From assembly GCA_964567745.1 (NCBI GenBank), contig CAZMNY010000011.1, positions 70,159 to 134,158 of the forward strand: DNA of 64,000 nucleotides, written 5' to 3'. Under the pieces are notes generated by a model that made no database searches, was not told where the DNA came from, and saw only the letters and a list, made by a program, of their open reading frames with translations. Position numbers and translations under genes: made by a program. Of this stretch, positions 48,510 to 60,304 are shown one piece after another. Within the stretch, counting starts at the first letter, position 1. Every line of letters starts with the position of its first letter. The stretch comes from an uncultured Pirellulaceae bacterium. Lineage in GTDB: Bacteria; Planctomycetota; Planctomycetia; Pirellulales; Pirellulaceae.

Positions 48510-48770
48510 CTATTTCGCGGCCAAGTCGTAGGTCGTCTGCCAGTCGTCTTCGTAGGGGCGGGAGAACAGCAGCTGGAATTGTTCCGCGCGTTCGCTTGAG
48601 CTGGAGAGAATCTCGATTCCCTCGCGCAAGAGGCCGAGCCGGCTGTCGTTTTCGACATCGCCTTCCGCTCGATCTAGACGGTCGAATGCCGCAGCGATCT
48701 GCAGAATCTTGGCACGCAATTCGAGAAATTCTCGATCGAGAATCTCACTCGCCGAAAGTGGCTTGGACAT
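48510..48770 (-). CDS. Small hypothetical protein (86 aa)
   Basis: ATG at 48770 (the track start 48773 is GTG). Downstream of the TatD-like gene, same strand. Confidence 0.4.
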   Translation of the reverse strand: MSKPLSASEILDREFLELRAKILQIAAAFDRLDRAEGDVENDSRLGLLREGIEILSSSSERAEQFQLLFSRPYEDDWQTTYDLAAK

Positions 48771-49262
48771 CACACAACTCTCTCTGAGTTTGGAACGGCC
48801 AGGCCGTCCGGCGCCGCGTTATCGAGGGGCCGGCAGTCCTGGTCAAAATCACATCCCGAGCGTCGTTTAAAACCTATACTTCAGGGCCATTCCCAGAGAC
48901 GGAGATCCTTTTCTTTGCTCTGTCGCGGTCAAGGGCCATTCGGGATCGGACAAACCGCAAAAGTCTGCTCGATGTCCCGTTAGTGTCCCCTTAGTTTCGT
49001 CGTCGCCGAGGTTGAAAGCAACCCGCGAATTGCCCGCGAGCGTCCGGTTGTGCCAAAAACTCGGTCGATGAGGGCCACGCGGAATGAATCGAGAAAAGGG
49101 CCGTTGTAGGGATTGTGACTTTTATGTTTAGGCAAGCCGTGCGGTCTCGGCAAAAGATCCGACTCGGCGTGAAGTCGGCGGCTTGGCGGTGACGATCGAT
49201 CCAAGAATGGAACACGCATTTTTGACGTGCCCCGCGGAACTGAGTAGGGAAGTTGCTAGGAG

Positions 49263-50897
49263 ATGCGGATGAGCGGAATCGACGCGACCTTTGATTTCCT
49301 CGCGGAAACGATGAACGAATCGGCGAGCGATCTTCTGATCGATCTTCTCGATTCGAAAGACCGCGATATGCGCGAACGCGCGCTCACCGCGATCCTCAAG
49401 AGGCGTGAGTGTTTGGGGCATGCGGTTCTGTTGCTTCGCTGGCAGGATTGGAGCGACCGATGGAAGGGACTCATCGCGCAGTACTCTCACCATGTCGCGC
49501 CTGCGATCAAGGAGGCCATCGGCAGCCCAGATGTTCAGCTTCAGTCCAACGGCTGCGACGCCGGGCTTTGGTGTCGCGACTACGACTTGGTCTCCGATCT
49601 AGCCAATGCGGTCCTGACCGGCAAGAGCGAAGAACTTGTCACACGAGGCGAGTCAACTCTTGTCCGACTCTGCGAAATGCTTTCAGAGGAATTGTTTGCC
49701 AATCGTGAATCAAGACGCGGGCACGACCCGAGTCTGGCGCGGCGATTTGTGATGGGCGAGCTCGAATCGGCATTGCGCAGGATGGGTGACAGAATTCGGC
49801 CGGCCTTGATCGAATCCTATTTGCTGTTGGCGACCAAAGAGACTTCGTTCCTGCGGTGCGCACTCGACAATTCCGGCCGAGCGCTTGGTCAAGCGATGAC
49901 CGAACGACTCGTCTCGAGCAATCGGCCCGGCGTGATGCGAGTGATCATCGATCTTCTGCAAATGCAACACGTCCCCGCCGGTGCCGCCCAGGCGGCGAGT
50001 CAACGCTGTGATGTCCCCTTTGTGCGAAGGATGTTCAACGCCATTGGCGTCAACCCAGCCGACGTCGTCGCTCGAAACACGGCGAGGATCACTGAAATCG
50101 CCTGGCTCGATCCTCAGCGAAGCGTGCTGACGGCGCTCGATAGCGACGAGCAAGCCGCTGCCGTCGCCTTTGTATGCCGGTCTGGAGTTGAAAAAGAAAC
50201 GAAACTCGAATTCCTCCGAATGGTCTTCGAGAAAGCCGGCGTGAGCGGTCGACTCGAAGCTGGCAAAGGAATTGGCGACATCCGCGGATCCGAGGCGAAC
50301 GAACTTGTGGTGCAGGCGTTCGAAGATGAGGACGCGCGAGTCAGAGCGATTGTCGCACCTCAGCTTCGATCTCGTTCGATACCGGGTGCCACCAAGCGAC
50401 TTTTGGCGTGCGCCAATAGCGAAGATCCAACACTTAGTCGCGTCGTGAAAGAATGTTTGGCCGATTTCACTTTTCAGAGCTACCTCAATTCTTTCGACAA
50501 ACTCGATGAAGAGTCACGCTGGGACACCGGTAAGACCGTCGCGCAAGTCGATGAAAACGTCCTTGAAGAATTGCTTGAAGAGATTGAGTCTTCTTCGAGA
50601 ATGCGACGTTTGCAGGCCCTGCGAATCTGCCCAACGCTCGAATTGATCAACGAGGTGTCGCCGATTGTCTTGTCGATGCTTTACGACGAGGACGCGTTCA
50701 CTCGCAGCGCGGCCGCCACAGCACTCGGATATTGCAACTTGCCCTCGGCTGCCGAAGCACTTGAGCAAACACTGCAAGACTCGAACTCGACCGTCGTGCA
50801 GGCGGCTCGAGAATCGCTGTCAAGGCTTGGGCTAAATCCGCAGGAAAGCAGCGGAGCGGAAACTGCCGAGACGCCGGTCAACACAAGTCAGACTTAG
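49263..50897 (+). CDS. HEAT-repeat protein
   Basis: 544 aa. Repeated HEAT-like modules (EDARVRAIVAPQL, DEDAFTRSAAATALGY, DSNSTVVQAARESL). Confidence 0.65.
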   Translation: MRMSGIDATFDFLAETMNESASDLLIDLLDSKDRDMRERALTAILKRRECLGHAVLLLRWQDWSDRWKGLIAQYSHHVAPAIKEAIGSPDVQLQSNGCDAGLWCRDYDLVSDLANAVLTGKSEELVTRGESTLVRLCEMLSEELFANRESRRGHDPSLARRFVMGELESALRRMGDRIRPALIESYLLLATKETSFLRCALDNSGRALGQAMTERLVSSNRPGVMRVIIDLLQMQHVPAGAAQAASQRCDVPFVRRMFNAIGVNPADVVARNTARITEIAWLDPQRSVLTALDSDEQAAAVAFVCRSGVEKETKLEFLRMVFEKAGVSGRLEAGKGIGDIRGSEANELVVQAFEDEDARVRAIVAPQLRSRSIPGATKRLLACANSEDPTLSRVVKECLADFTFQSYLNSFDKLDEESRWDTGKTVAQVDENVLEELLEEIESSSRMRRLQALRICPTLELINEVSPIVLSMLYDEDAFTRSAAATALGYCNLPSAAEALEQTLQDSNSTVVQAARESLSRLGLNPQESSGAETAETPVNTSQT

Positions 50898-50985
50898 AAC
50901 ACGAAATCGCAAACTTAGATCAAACAACGCAAAGAAGAAGCGGGGCGAGTCGGATTCGCTCGCACGAATTGCCGGAGCATCGGAT

Positions 50986-51420
50986 ATGAGCATCGAATTC
51001 ACCCTGTTGTTGCAGGACGCGATGGGCAAACTGCAAGTGCTGCTCGGACAGGGCCGACTTTCGTCTTTGAGCCGTAACTTCCGCGGCACTTCGGACACGA
51101 CAAGTTTTCTGGTCATCGTGTTTGTCGTGACCGCTGCGATCGCCTTTCTTGGCTGGCTCGCCTTTCGCTACTTCAGCGTCAATGAAGACAAAAAACACTG
51201 CTGTCCGAATCGCTTGTTCAAGAAACTCTGCCGAGTGCATGAGCTTAGTTGGAGCGATTCGGCGCTGCTTCGCAAACTGGCCCTTCGTCATCACCTCGCC
51301 TCGCCAGCCGAGATCTTCATCAACCCGAGACTGCTGGATATTCAGCCTGGCTCGCAACGTTCGATGATGGCGCAAATTGACGCGATCCGAGAGAAGCTTT
51401 TCGGGTCAGAGCCGAGCTAA
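50986..51420 (+). CDS. Hypothetical single-pass membrane protein
   Basis: TM helix FLVIVFVVTAAIAFLGWLAF. Confidence 0.5.
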   Translation: MSIEFTLLLQDAMGKLQVLLGQGRLSSLSRNFRGTSDTTSFLVIVFVVTAAIAFLGWLAFRYFSVNEDKKHCCPNRLFKKLCRVHELSWSDSALLRKLALRHHLASPAEIFINPRLLDIQPGSQRSMMAQIDAIREKLFGSEPS

Positions 51421-51538
51421 CTCGAAGCGTTCTCGGTCAATAAGAAAACGCCGCTGTTTGGGGATCCCAGACAGCGGCGTTTTCCATTGTTATCGTTGTT
51501 GACGCAGATTCAGCTCTTCGTCAGCTCGTTACAGGCTC

Positions 51539-52981
51539 TTAGAAAGCTCCGTCGTCGCCACGTTTGGGAGCATTCTTGATTGCGTCAGCCGGCGTCTCAC
51601 CTTCGAGATACGAACCAGGCGATGTTCCGCCGAGTCGCTTACCGAGCGGCACCGTTTGCGAGCCGACTCGCCATCCCATGAAGTTCAGGAATTGGTCGAG
51701 CGAAATCGTGCTGACGCCCAACTGGTTGGCGTCTTTGATGACGCTGGCGTAGGTCGTCATCATGTCTGCATCGACTTTGCCATCGGCGCCGATGGGCGGT
51801 TCGCCCAAGACGAGGTAGCGAGTGTTAACCGACATCTTACCATCGACCGACCCGTCCGGTTTTAGTTCGAGATCGACTTGTCCGCCGTTCATCGTCACGA
51901 CTCGGCGAACCGTTGAGGGGTCGCTTCGGTCGTCGCCATCGACGTCGAGAATGCCGGCCATCGCGAATCGTAGTTTTCGTCCGGGTTGCCAAGCGGGGGT
52001 ATGAATCAAGTCGCTCTTGAGAATCGGGTTCGCCAATTCATCTTCAAGGATTCGGCATTCGGCTTGATGGGCACCGACAATCTTGGTGACTTCGATACGC
52101 GCTTTGGAGTTTTTGTTGGCAACGCCGTTCGCATTGTGATCGTAGACAGAGAAGGTCGTCTGGGGGCGAAGCATGTCGGCTGAGCCGAGGTTGATCCAAA
52201 CGACGTTGGCTCGCTGATTCACCCAGGAGATTTTGCCATCGGGAATCTCAAAGTCCTTGTTGCTGAGCTTACGCTTCTCGGCTTGAAAAGCTTCGGCCAA
52301 CGTCGTTAGTTTCTCGACGTCTTTGTTTAATTCTTCTTCACGAGCTTTCGAGGTCTCGCGTGTCGAAACCAACAGTTTGCTCTGGTCGGCGATCGTCTTT
52401 GCTTGTGCGGCTGTTTCTGTGGTGTATCGAGCACGTTCGATCGTAAAGCCACTGTTGACAGCGACCAAATCGTCGGCGGCCTTCTTGTGGGCCGTGTTGG
52501 CCAATGCTGTCTTCTGGGCTTCGTCAGTGACAGTTCGGTCTCGGGTGTCAACCGCCGTCTTAACACGATTATTGGCGTCGGTCAGGCCACTGTTCTTTTG
52601 GCGAATCGCCGCGATCAGGTTTTCCGGCAAACTGCTGTAATTCTTGTTGTCGTCTGGAAGTCCCTGTCCATAAACTTCCATGTCCTTCTCGTACTTGGCC
52701 TTGATGGCGTCCAAGTCATCGTCGGTCGGCAAGTTGGCGTCCTCGAGCGAGGTTCGATCGGTGTCTTTCATGCCGATGAAGAATCGCAAGTGCTGCACCT
52801 TGGAATCGAGCAGGGCGTGCGAAGTTCGCATCGTATCGAGCTGTTGCTGCACCTGAGCCAGCTCTTTGCCGCGAGTCTCGCTTTGGCTGTAAAAGAAGTA
52901 CGTGAACACGCAAAGCACAACCGTGATAATCACAAACAGGATCAGTGCGATCTGAATGCCTTGGTTTTCGCGATTCGACAT
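51539..52981 (-). CDS. Membrane-anchored long coiled-coil protein with C-terminal globular domain (hypothetical)
   Basis: N-terminal TM IQIALILFVIITVVLCVFTYFFY, then about 250 aa coiled-coil-like. Confidence 0.55.
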   Translation of the reverse strand: MSNRENQGIQIALILFVIITVVLCVFTYFFYSQSETRGKELAQVQQQLDTMRTSHALLDSKVQHLRFFIGMKDTDRTSLEDANLPTDDDLDAIKAKYEKDMEVYGQGLPDDNKNYSSLPENLIAAIRQKNSGLTDANNRVKTAVDTRDRTVTDEAQKTALANTAHKKAADDLVAVNSGFTIERARYTTETAAQAKTIADQSKLLVSTRETSKAREEELNKDVEKLTTLAEAFQAEKRKLSNKDFEIPDGKISWVNQRANVVWINLGSADMLRPQTTFSVYDHNANGVANKNSKARIEVTKIVGAHQAECRILEDELANPILKSDLIHTPAWQPGRKLRFAMAGILDVDGDDRSDPSTVRRVVTMNGGQVDLELKPDGSVDGKMSVNTRYLVLGEPPIGADGKVDADMMTTYASVIKDANQLGVSTISLDQFLNFMGWRVGSQTVPLGKRLGGTSPGSYLEGETPADAIKNAPKRGDDGAF

Positions 52982-53426
52982 GGTTTCGATTTCTCCGTCG
53001 AGAAAAAACTCGAAGTGGGTTCACAAGGAATTGTCCAAGCGAAGGATCATTCGCCTGACGAGTTGCGAACTATTCCGCAGGCACTTTCGACTACTGAAGT
53101 GCGGAGCGGATGGACGGGGTGAATTGACCTAACCCGATACTAAACAGAGGCCTACGAACTGTCAATAAAAACTGGTCCAGCAAGGCGTCGCTCGCGATCG
53201 AAGCCGCCTCCTGTCCGCTGTCACCGTCGCAATCGGCCTGCCGCCGGGTGATCTTCGTTGCGCGGGCCGCGGGCCGATCCGCTCGGCGCCCTCCTGTAGT
53301 ACGACGATCCGACTGACGATATACTCGGCCTGCAGGAAATCGAACCATCTACATGGTCCAAGCCTTTCTTTTCGCTCGCCTCAAACTCATCGAGGCAATC
53401 GCAACGATTGCGGTCGGAGAAACCAA

Positions 53427-53885
53427 ATGAAAATTGCCATCGGAGTCGCCCTGGGGGGATTGCTCGGTGCCGTGATCGGATTGTGCGCCGCAATGTATTC
53501 AAGCTGGACTGGCTTTTGGGGCTACGACCTGTTTGGCGGCCTCATTGCGGGCGGAGTCCCCGGAGTGGTCCTCGGGTACTCGATGGCTGGACTCGCTTGC
53601 AATCTCGCGTCGAGCGAGCAAAAGGTGTCGATGTCACCTGCTTGGGGGGTGTGCACAGGGCTGGTCTACGGCGCTTCACTTGGCCCAGTTCTTTGTGCGG
53701 TCTGTGGTTTCACCTTCGGTCAGATGTTGATGTTGATGGGCTACCGTGACTTGGGGCTCGACTTGCTCATCGCTGGCCTTGTCGTTGGACTCCCTCTTGG
53801 GCCGATCGTTTCGGTGGTGGCATGGGAAGCCTGCTATTTCATCGGAATGGGCGATCTGCTTGGTGGTCCTTCCAGCGACGGCTAG
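53427..53885 (+). CDS. Gly-rich polytopic small membrane protein (hypothetical)
   Basis: 4 predicted TM helices rich in Gly/Ala. Confidence 0.5.
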   Translation: MKIAIGVALGGLLGAVIGLCAAMYSSWTGFWGYDLFGGLIAGGVPGVVLGYSMAGLACNLASSEQKVSMSPAWGVCTGLVYGASLGPVLCAVCGFTFGQMLMLMGYRDLGLDLLIAGLVVGLPLGPIVSVVAWEACYFIGMGDLLGGPSSDG

Positions 53886-54374
53886 CTCGAGACCATTTTC
53901 TCGTGATCGACCCACGTCTTTCGGCGATCGCTCGTTGTTTCAGAGTTAGCTCTAGAACCGAGCGGCAAGCGACCGCCTTTCGCAGGACGGTCATTTCTAA
54001 GGCCAGTGGGCCGTTTGTGAAGTCGAGATAACGACTTGAGACGCTGTGAGTTACGTTGCGCGGTTTGAGCCGGCCTGAGGATTGGCTGGAATGATGGGTC
54101 AGCATTGGCTATGATGACACGAGCCTCACGGTGGTGAAGTCTCGCCGCCTCTTCGGTCAAGCCAATACCCAAACAATTCCCGATTTGTTCTAGGGCAAAT
54201 TCGTCAGCGCCACGCTCGACTCTCGCCTGAGCTGTTGTTCAATTCCAATCCCCACCCCCCCGCTGCGCGTCGCCTCGGCCTTTTTTCGTTGGATTCTCGC
54301 CGGCTGCGTTTGTTGAGCCGCGTCGAGCCTCCGTTGTGTCACCGCGCCGCCGCTAATCCACACGAGGATTACAG

Positions 54375-54992
54375 ATGTTTGTCATCGGAGTCGTGGGTGG
54401 AATCGCAAGCGGGAAAAGCGCGGTGAGTCGAATGATGGAAGAGTTTGGCGCGACCGTCTTGAACGCCGATCGCGTCGGGCATGAGGTGCTGGAAGAAGAG
54501 CCGGTGATTCAGCTCTTGGACGAGCGATGGGGAATGGATGTCATGACGTTGGAGGGCGCAATCGACCGGCAATCTGTCGCTTCGCGAGTTTTCGGCGATT
54601 CGCCTCGAGCCGCCGAGGAGCTCCGATTCCTCGAATCGGTTACCCATCCACGAATTGGTCAGCGACTTCAAGAGCGGATTGATCAGGCCCGTGAGGAGAC
54701 TGAAGTCGCCGTTGTTCTCGACGCTCCGTTGTTGTTTGAAGCCGAATGGGACAAGCTTTGCGACTTTGTCATTTTTGTCGATGCATCCTGGCCAAATCGC
54801 CGGAATCGCGCCTTGGAGCGAGGTTGGTCAGAAAAAGAATTGAAAGAACGCGAAACTTCTCAGGACCCAATTGAGATTAAGAGAGAGCGAGCCGACTGGA
54901 CCCTGTCCACCGATGTCCCGCTGGAAGAGACCCGAGCCCGCCTGCTTCAGTGGTGGGTGGAGACGGTCGAACCGACGCGGGCGCTCGGATAA
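54375..54992 (+). CDS. coaE: Dephospho-CoA kinase
   Basis: MFVIGVVGGIASGKSAV P-loop. Full-length CoaE similarity. Confidence 0.9.
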   Translation: MFVIGVVGGIASGKSAVSRMMEEFGATVLNADRVGHEVLEEEPVIQLLDERWGMDVMTLEGAIDRQSVASRVFGDSPRAAEELRFLESVTHPRIGQRLQERIDQAREETEVAVVLDAPLLFEAEWDKLCDFVIFVDASWPNRRNRALERGWSEKELKERETSQDPIEIKRERADWTLSTDVPLEETRARLLQWWVETVEPTRALG

Positions 54993-55134
54993 CTGATCAA
55001 GCAGATCGCCCTTAGACCGAATATCAACAAGCAAAGGACCATTGAAAAATTCCCTCCTTCCTAGAGCCGCTCGAGCTCATGGAAACCCACGCCCTTGATT
55101 TTGGCGCTTCGCTATTCAGCCGCGTCATCCCACA

Positions 55135-56565
55135 ATGGAGCATTCGCTCATGTCAAAAACACGCAACCCTCGGGAATCGCAGACTCCCGATTCGACCGAT
55201 GGGAGCAAGAAAGAGCTTTCGTTGGCCGAAGAAATCGCCGCTGAGGGCGAGAATCAGCGCGACACCGAAGAGACTCACGACCGATACGAACGTATCAAAC
55301 AAGGCGAGATTCACATCGCTGTGCTGCAGAAGATGAACATGTCGCAGCTCATGGAGGAGGCTCGCAAGGAGAACGTGAAAGAGGTCGCTGGCCTGAAGAA
55401 GCAGGATCTGATTTTCAAGATCCTCAAGGAACGGGTCAAATTGAACGGTCTGATGTACGGCGAGGGCACGCTGGAGATCCTCCCGGACGGGTTTGGATTC
55501 CTCCGCAGTCCTGACTACCACTATCTCTCTTGCCCCGACGACATCTACGTCTCGCCCAGTCAGATTCGCCGATTTGGTTTGCAAACGGGTTCGACGGTAT
55601 CGGGGCAAATTCGGCCGCCGAAGGAAAACGAGCGCTATTTTGCGTTGCTTCGAGTTGAAGCGATCAACTACGAAGATCCCAACCTGATGACCGATAAGGT
55701 CTCCTTCGACGACCTGACTCCGATGCATCCGGATCGTCGCATCGTGGTGGAGACGGACGGCGAGTTGTCGACTCGTGTCGTCGATCTAGTCACGCCGATT
55801 GGATTCGGCCAGCGTGGGCTGATTGTCAGTCCGCCTCGGGCCGGGAAGACGATTCTGTTGCAGAAGATGGCCAGAGCAGTTTTGACGAATTATCCCGATA
55901 GCTACGTCATCATGCTGCTGATCGATGAACGTCCCGAAGAGGTGACGGACATGGAGCGGGAGGTCCGCGGGGAAAACTGCGAGGTGGTGAGTTCGACATT
56001 CGATGAGCCGCCGTCGCGACACGTGCAAGTTTCGCAGATGGTAATCGAAAAAGCCAAGCGAATGGTGGAATACGGAATCGACGTCGTCATCTTCCTCGAC
56101 TCGATTACGCGATTGGCCCGAGCTTGGAACGGCGAGTGCCAGCAGTCGGGGAAATTGCTTTCCGGCGGACTGGACGCGAACGCCTTGCAGCAGCCTAAAC
56201 GGTTTTTCGGTTCGGCGCGTCGAGTCGAAGAAGGCGGCTCGCTGACGATCTTGGCGACGGCACTGGTCGATACGGGAAGCAAGATGGACGACGTCATTTT
56301 TGAAGAGTTTAAGGGGACGGGGAACTTAGAAATCGTCCTCGACCGCCGCATCGTCGACAAGCGAGTTTGGCCGGCCATCGACATCAATCGCAGTGGAACT
56401 CGGCGCGAGGAAATGTTGATGGACCCGGACGAGTATCGCCGCGTTTGCGTGCTGCGAAGAGTGCTGGCGGACATGAATCCGCCGGAGGCGATGGAGTTGT
56501 TGACGTCGCGATTGCAAAAGACCAAGACGAACGGGGAATTCCTGATGGGAATGAACCTCAGTTGA
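55135..56565 (+). CDS. rho: Transcription termination factor Rho
   Basis: Rho N-terminal and cold-shock-like RNA-binding region, Walker [11 protein letters not shown] loops. Lys/Glu-rich N-terminal extension. Confidence 0.95.
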   Translation: MEHSLMSKTRNPRESQTPDSTDGSKKELSLAEEIAAEGENQRDTEETHDRYERIKQGEIHIAVLQKMNMSQLMEEARKENVKEVAGLKKQDLIFKILKERVKLNGLMYGEGTLEILPDGFGFLRSPDYHYLSCPDDIYVSPSQIRRFGLQTGSTVSGQIRPPKENERYFALLRVEAINYEDPNLMTDKVSFDDLTPMHPDRRIVVETDGELSTRVVDLVTPIGFGQRGLIVSPPRAGKTILLQKMARAVLTNYPDSYVIMLLIDERPEEVTDMEREVRGENCEVVSSTFDEPPSRHVQVSQMVIEKAKRMVEYGIDVVIFLDSITRLARAWNGECQQSGKLLSGGLDANALQQPKRFFGSARRVEEGGSLTILATALVDTGSKMDDVIFEEFKGTGNLEIVLDRRIVDKRVWPAIDINRSGTRREEMLMDPDEYRRVCVLRRVLADMNPPEAMELLTSRLQKTKTNGEFLMGMNLS

Positions 56566-56592
56566 GCCGTGGTCCTAAGTGAAGAGTCGATT

Positions 56593-57072
56593 ATGCCCCA
56601 AGTAATTGAGCCGCTGAATTCTGATGCCGATGGCCGATACGCCATTGCGGTGTCGCGATATAACGAGACGATCACGTCGCGTTTGTTGGATGGCGCCGTT
56701 GAGACTTTGGTTGGCGCTGGGGTGCCGGACGGTCAGATTGACGTCGCCTGGGCGCCCGGCGCGTGGGAGCTGCCGCTGGTCGCAGCGGAATTGGCCGCCT
56801 CAGACCGCTACCAGGCAATACTCTGCTTGGGCGCCGTGATCCGCGGCGAGACGACTCACGATCAACATATCAACCGCCAGGTGAGTTCCGCGTTGGGAAA
56901 TCTCTCGCTGGAACAGGGCCTGCCAATCTTGTTCGGCGTATTGACTTGCCAATCGCTCGAGCAAGCTCTAAACCGAGCGGGCGGCTCGGTGGGCAACAAA
57001 GGCCATGAATGCGCCGAGGCCGCTCTGGAGATGGTCGGCCTGTTGCAGGCGCTCAGACAAGCAGCACAATAA
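56593..57072 (+). CDS. ribH: 6,7-dimethyl-8-ribityllumazine synthase
   Basis: ATG at 56593. [20 protein letters not shown]...[15 protein letters not shown] signature. Confidence 0.92.
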   Translation: MPQVIEPLNSDADGRYAIAVSRYNETITSRLLDGAVETLVGAGVPDGQIDVAWAPGAWELPLVAAELAASDRYQAILCLGAVIRGETTHDQHINRQVSSALGNLSLEQGLPILFGVLTCQSLEQALNRAGGSVGNKGHECAEAALEMVGLLQALRQAAQ

Positions 57073-57316
57073 TCCGCACTCGTCAGCGAGGGCGGCTCTC
57101 CTCGAGCAGCACGCTCGCGACCGCCGGCTTGCCCCGTCACGGGCATTTCTCGCGGTGTTTTAATGCGAGCCAAAACAGTCGCTCGCCGCCAACGGGCATT
57201 TGTAGAAAGCTCGAAAGCGGTATAATTGGACGTGAACTCGATCGCAATCGAGCCCCGCCCTGTTCTCACCAAGCATTCATGTCGTTTCCTTCCTCCGTTT
57301 CAATCGGTTTGCCCTT

Positions 57317-57739
57317 ATGGCTCGTCGCAGCCGCGCACGCGAAGTCGCCTTGCAGGTTCTCTACGAGGACGACATCAACCCCGATCGCAACATGCACACA
57401 GCTGATACGTTCGTTAGTCGCCGTCTGCGCAACGAGTCGGCTCTGGTCGAGTTTGCTCAAAGCTTGATAAGTGGAGTGAGGCGAAACCGAGGTGAGTTGG
57501 ACGACTTGCTTGCCCAACGAGCGGCGAACTGGAGTCTCGGGCGGATGGCGGTCATCGACCGGAACATCATACGAATCGGCGCGTTTGAGATTCTCTACGC
57601 CGAGACGCCTGGCCGAGTGGCCATCAACGAGGCCATTGAGATCGCCAAAAGATACGGCGGCGAAAACTCGGCGCACTTCGTCAATGGAATATTGGACCGA
57701 ATTTTTCGCGATCAATCTGAACCGCCGACAGAACGCTAG
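57317..57739 (+). CDS. nusB: Transcription antitermination factor NusB
   Basis: MARRSRAREVALQVLYE...; classic ribH-nusB arrangement. Confidence 0.92.
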   Translation: MARRSRAREVALQVLYEDDINPDRNMHTADTFVSRRLRNESALVEFAQSLISGVRRNRGELDDLLAQRAANWSLGRMAVIDRNIIRIGAFEILYAETPGRVAINEAIEIAKRYGGENSAHFVNGILDRIFRDQSEPPTER

Positions 57740-57792
57740 GGGAAGGCCGGTTGGCGATAGGGCAACTCGGCGAGTCACACCAGGAGCAAGAG

Positions 57793-58893
57793 ATGGGTAT
57801 TTTTGACCGTTTTCGAAAGAAGTCTGAGGCGGCGGGTGCCGTAGAGGAAGCCCAGACAACCGAGAGTGAGAGTGATTCAGGCAGCGATTCAAGCGAGTTG
57901 GCTGAGGATACCGCGAAGGTCGAGTCAGAGCCGTCGGTGACGCGGGAATCGGCGGAAGAGGTTGCGCCCAAGAAACGGCTGTGGGCCCGACTTCGAAGTG
58001 GACTCAAGAAGACGTCTGACCTTCTGCATACCGATATTCGCGACTTGCTGAAATCGGATGGTCAGCTTGTCGATGACGAGTTCTTGACGAAGCTCTACGC
58101 GATCCTGATCAAGACCGACATGGGAGTTGCCGCGGCAAATCAGATTCGAGAGCAGATTCAACAAGACTACCGAGGTCGCAAAGTTCAACTGTCGGATGTG
58201 TTGGCCGTTATCAAAGCCAAGTTTGCCGAACTGCTTGCTCAGCCTGAGCGGCCAATTGAGTACGCGGCGGAGGGTCCAACGGTCGTCATGGTCGTGGGCG
58301 TCAATGGTTCAGGTAAAACGACGTCGATCGCCAAGTTGACCAAAATGTTTTCGGACGAGGGGCGTCGCGTCGTGCTCGGCGCCGGAGACACGTTTCGCGC
58401 AGCGGCCGTAGCTCAACTGACAATTTGGTCAGAACGGCTTGGCGCCGAGATCGTCAAGGGAGAGCAGGGGGGAGACCCCGCCAGCGTTGCGCATCGAGCG
58501 GTTGCCGCAGCTCGAGAGTCCAATGCCGATATCTGTATTATTGACACTGCCGGTCGATTGCAGACCCAGTCCAACTTGATGGACGAATTGGCGAAGATTC
58601 GCCGAGTGGTTCAGAAGCAGATTCCCGAGGCCCCGCACGAAGTCTTGCTGGTGCTCGATGCGACGGCGGGTCAAAACGCGATCAGTCAGGCTCAAGGCTT
58701 CTCGGAAGCGGCCGGCTGCACCGGGATTGTCCTGGCAAAGCTCGACGGCACGGCCAAAGGTGGGGTAGTTGTTCCGATTCGCCAACAATTCAGTCTTCCC
58801 GTAAAATACATTGGCGTCGGTGAAACGCCTAGCGACTTGGAGCTCTTTCGAGTCGATCGATTTGTCGACGCCCTGTTTGACGAACACGCCTAG
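57793..58893 (+). CDS. ftsY: Signal recognition particle receptor FtsY (acidic N-domain + NG domain)
   Basis: ATG at 57793. GVNGSGKTTS, DTAGR, KLDGTAKGG motifs. Stop TAG 58891-93 lies inside the CTAG terminus of MITE copy 3. Confidence 0.93.
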   Translation: MGIFDRFRKKSEAAGAVEEAQTTESESDSGSDSSELAEDTAKVESEPSVTRESAEEVAPKKRLWARLRSGLKKTSDLLHTDIRDLLKSDGQLVDDEFLTKLYAILIKTDMGVAAANQIREQIQQDYRGRKVQLSDVLAVIKAKFAELLAQPERPIEYAAEGPTVVMVVGVNGSGKTTSIAKLTKMFSDEGRRVVLGAGDTFRAAAVAQLTIWSERLGAEIVKGEQGGDPASVAHRAVAAARESNADICIIDTAGRLQTQSNLMDELAKIRRVVQKQIPEAPHEVLLVLDATAGQNAISQAQGFSEAAGCTGIVLAKLDGTAKGGVVVPIRQQFSLPVKYIGVGETPSDLELFRVDRFVDALFDEHA

Positions 58894-58997
58894 TGCTGCG
58901 TTACGCCTTAGTTTTAGGGTGGCGCACCCGATTCGCCGTGGCGGGCGTTGACCAAACGAATTGTCGATCCCAATTCCAAGCTGTAACACAGCACTAG
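58890..58997. mobile_element. MITE-like element 3, identical inverted copy of element 2 (44573..44680), inserted at the ftsY stop codon
   Basis: Exact reverse-complement identity over 108 bp. Flanked by TA within CTAG at both ends. Confidence 0.75.
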
Positions 58998-59167
58998 CGG
59001 CTTGTTCGCGCGGCGTGCGGGACGGCAAGAGGCGCCGCGCGGCCAGCGTTGCAGTGCATCGCGACAATGAGCGCGTCGACTCTTTTCAATTTGAATTCCT
59101 TGTTCGCCGTCACACATTCTTGTATGGTTTCATTCATCTACTCCCTTCAATTCATGGGTAACTCGGA

Positions 59168-60112
59168 ATGGGACCGCATTTGGCTGTTGGTTTAAGCGAA
59201 CCAAGACATCTGTTTGCTGCGGCCTTGTTTGATCGACTTTGGAGTCGCTATCGCAAGCGAGTTGAGTTTGTTCAGACGTACGAAAAATTGATCGCCGATG
59301 AATCGGCGGTGTTTGTCAACGATCACATCGCGTTTCGCACCATCTCATGGCAAGATCCGTTTTGCGGCATCGCTATGATCTCGCGGATCTTTGAAGCCTT
59401 GGGTTTTCATCCCGCCGGCGGCTATTCGTTTCCAGACAAGTGCTTGAGCGCGATCCATCTGGCGCCGCCCGACCCGCGACTCCCCAAGATCTTCATTTCA
59501 GAATTACGCGCGGGCGAATTGCCCAAAGCGGCCCGCGACGCCATCGGCGAGACCCTGGGCAGCCATCGACCCGCGCCCACTCAAGAGTTTCTGACGTCCT
59601 TGGCAACAATCGAAAACGACACGGACGAAGCCAAACTGAACGGTCTGCTTGAGCATTCGTCGGATTGGTTTTTTTCGCTGCCTTGGGACGTGCCCCAAAA
59701 GTCGGCAGTCGAGCTCGTCAACGAGTCGTCGCAATATGGCGCGTGGACCATGTTGCACGGATACGGCGTCAACCACTTCACAAGTTTGATCGATTCTCAC
59801 GGCGTGCCCGCTCTCGACAACATTGACAAAACGGTTGAAGCTCTCAAGAATGCCGGCGTTCCTATGAAAGGCTCGATTGAAGGCGACGCCGACGCGGCGC
59901 TAAGGCAAACCGCCACGCAAGCAGTGACGATTGACGTCCCCGTTCACGACGAAGCCGGCGAGACAATCACCATGCCCTGGACCTACGCCTACTTCGAGTT
60001 GGCTCAACGGGCGATGCAAGAAGATAAGTCGGGCAACCCTTGGAGATTCGAGGGGTTCTTGGGTCCTCAAGCGACGAATCTGTTCGAGATGACTCGCACA
60101 AGCAAGCAGTAA
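59168..60112 (+). CDS. DUF1338 family (HglS/YdcJ-type 2-oxoadipate dioxygenase/decarboxylase-like) protein
   Basis: VNDHIAFRTI and GYGVNHFTSLI His-containing motifs typical of DUF1338. Confidence 0.65.
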   Translation: MGPHLAVGLSEPRHLFAAALFDRLWSRYRKRVEFVQTYEKLIADESAVFVNDHIAFRTISWQDPFCGIAMISRIFEALGFHPAGGYSFPDKCLSAIHLAPPDPRLPKIFISELRAGELPKAARDAIGETLGSHRPAPTQEFLTSLATIENDTDEAKLNGLLEHSSDWFFSLPWDVPQKSAVELVNESSQYGAWTMLHGYGVNHFTSLIDSHGVPALDNIDKTVEALKNAGVPMKGSIEGDADAALRQTATQAVTIDVPVHDEAGETITMPWTYAYFELAQRAMQEDKSGNPWRFEGFLGPQATNLFEMTRTSKQ

Positions 60113-60304
60113 GAATCAGGTTTGCTTGGAGGTTACCTGCAGTTTCGCACGCCTTGTCGGAACGGCGAAGGCGAAGCTGCAATGTCTCGCTAACCACTCG
60201 CCGGACTGTTTCAATTCATCTTAGATCTTTTACAGATCGAAATGTCGGTCGTACGATCTCCATTGGAGAGTGAGTTCGACCGAACGTCTCTTGGAGTCCA
60301 ACTA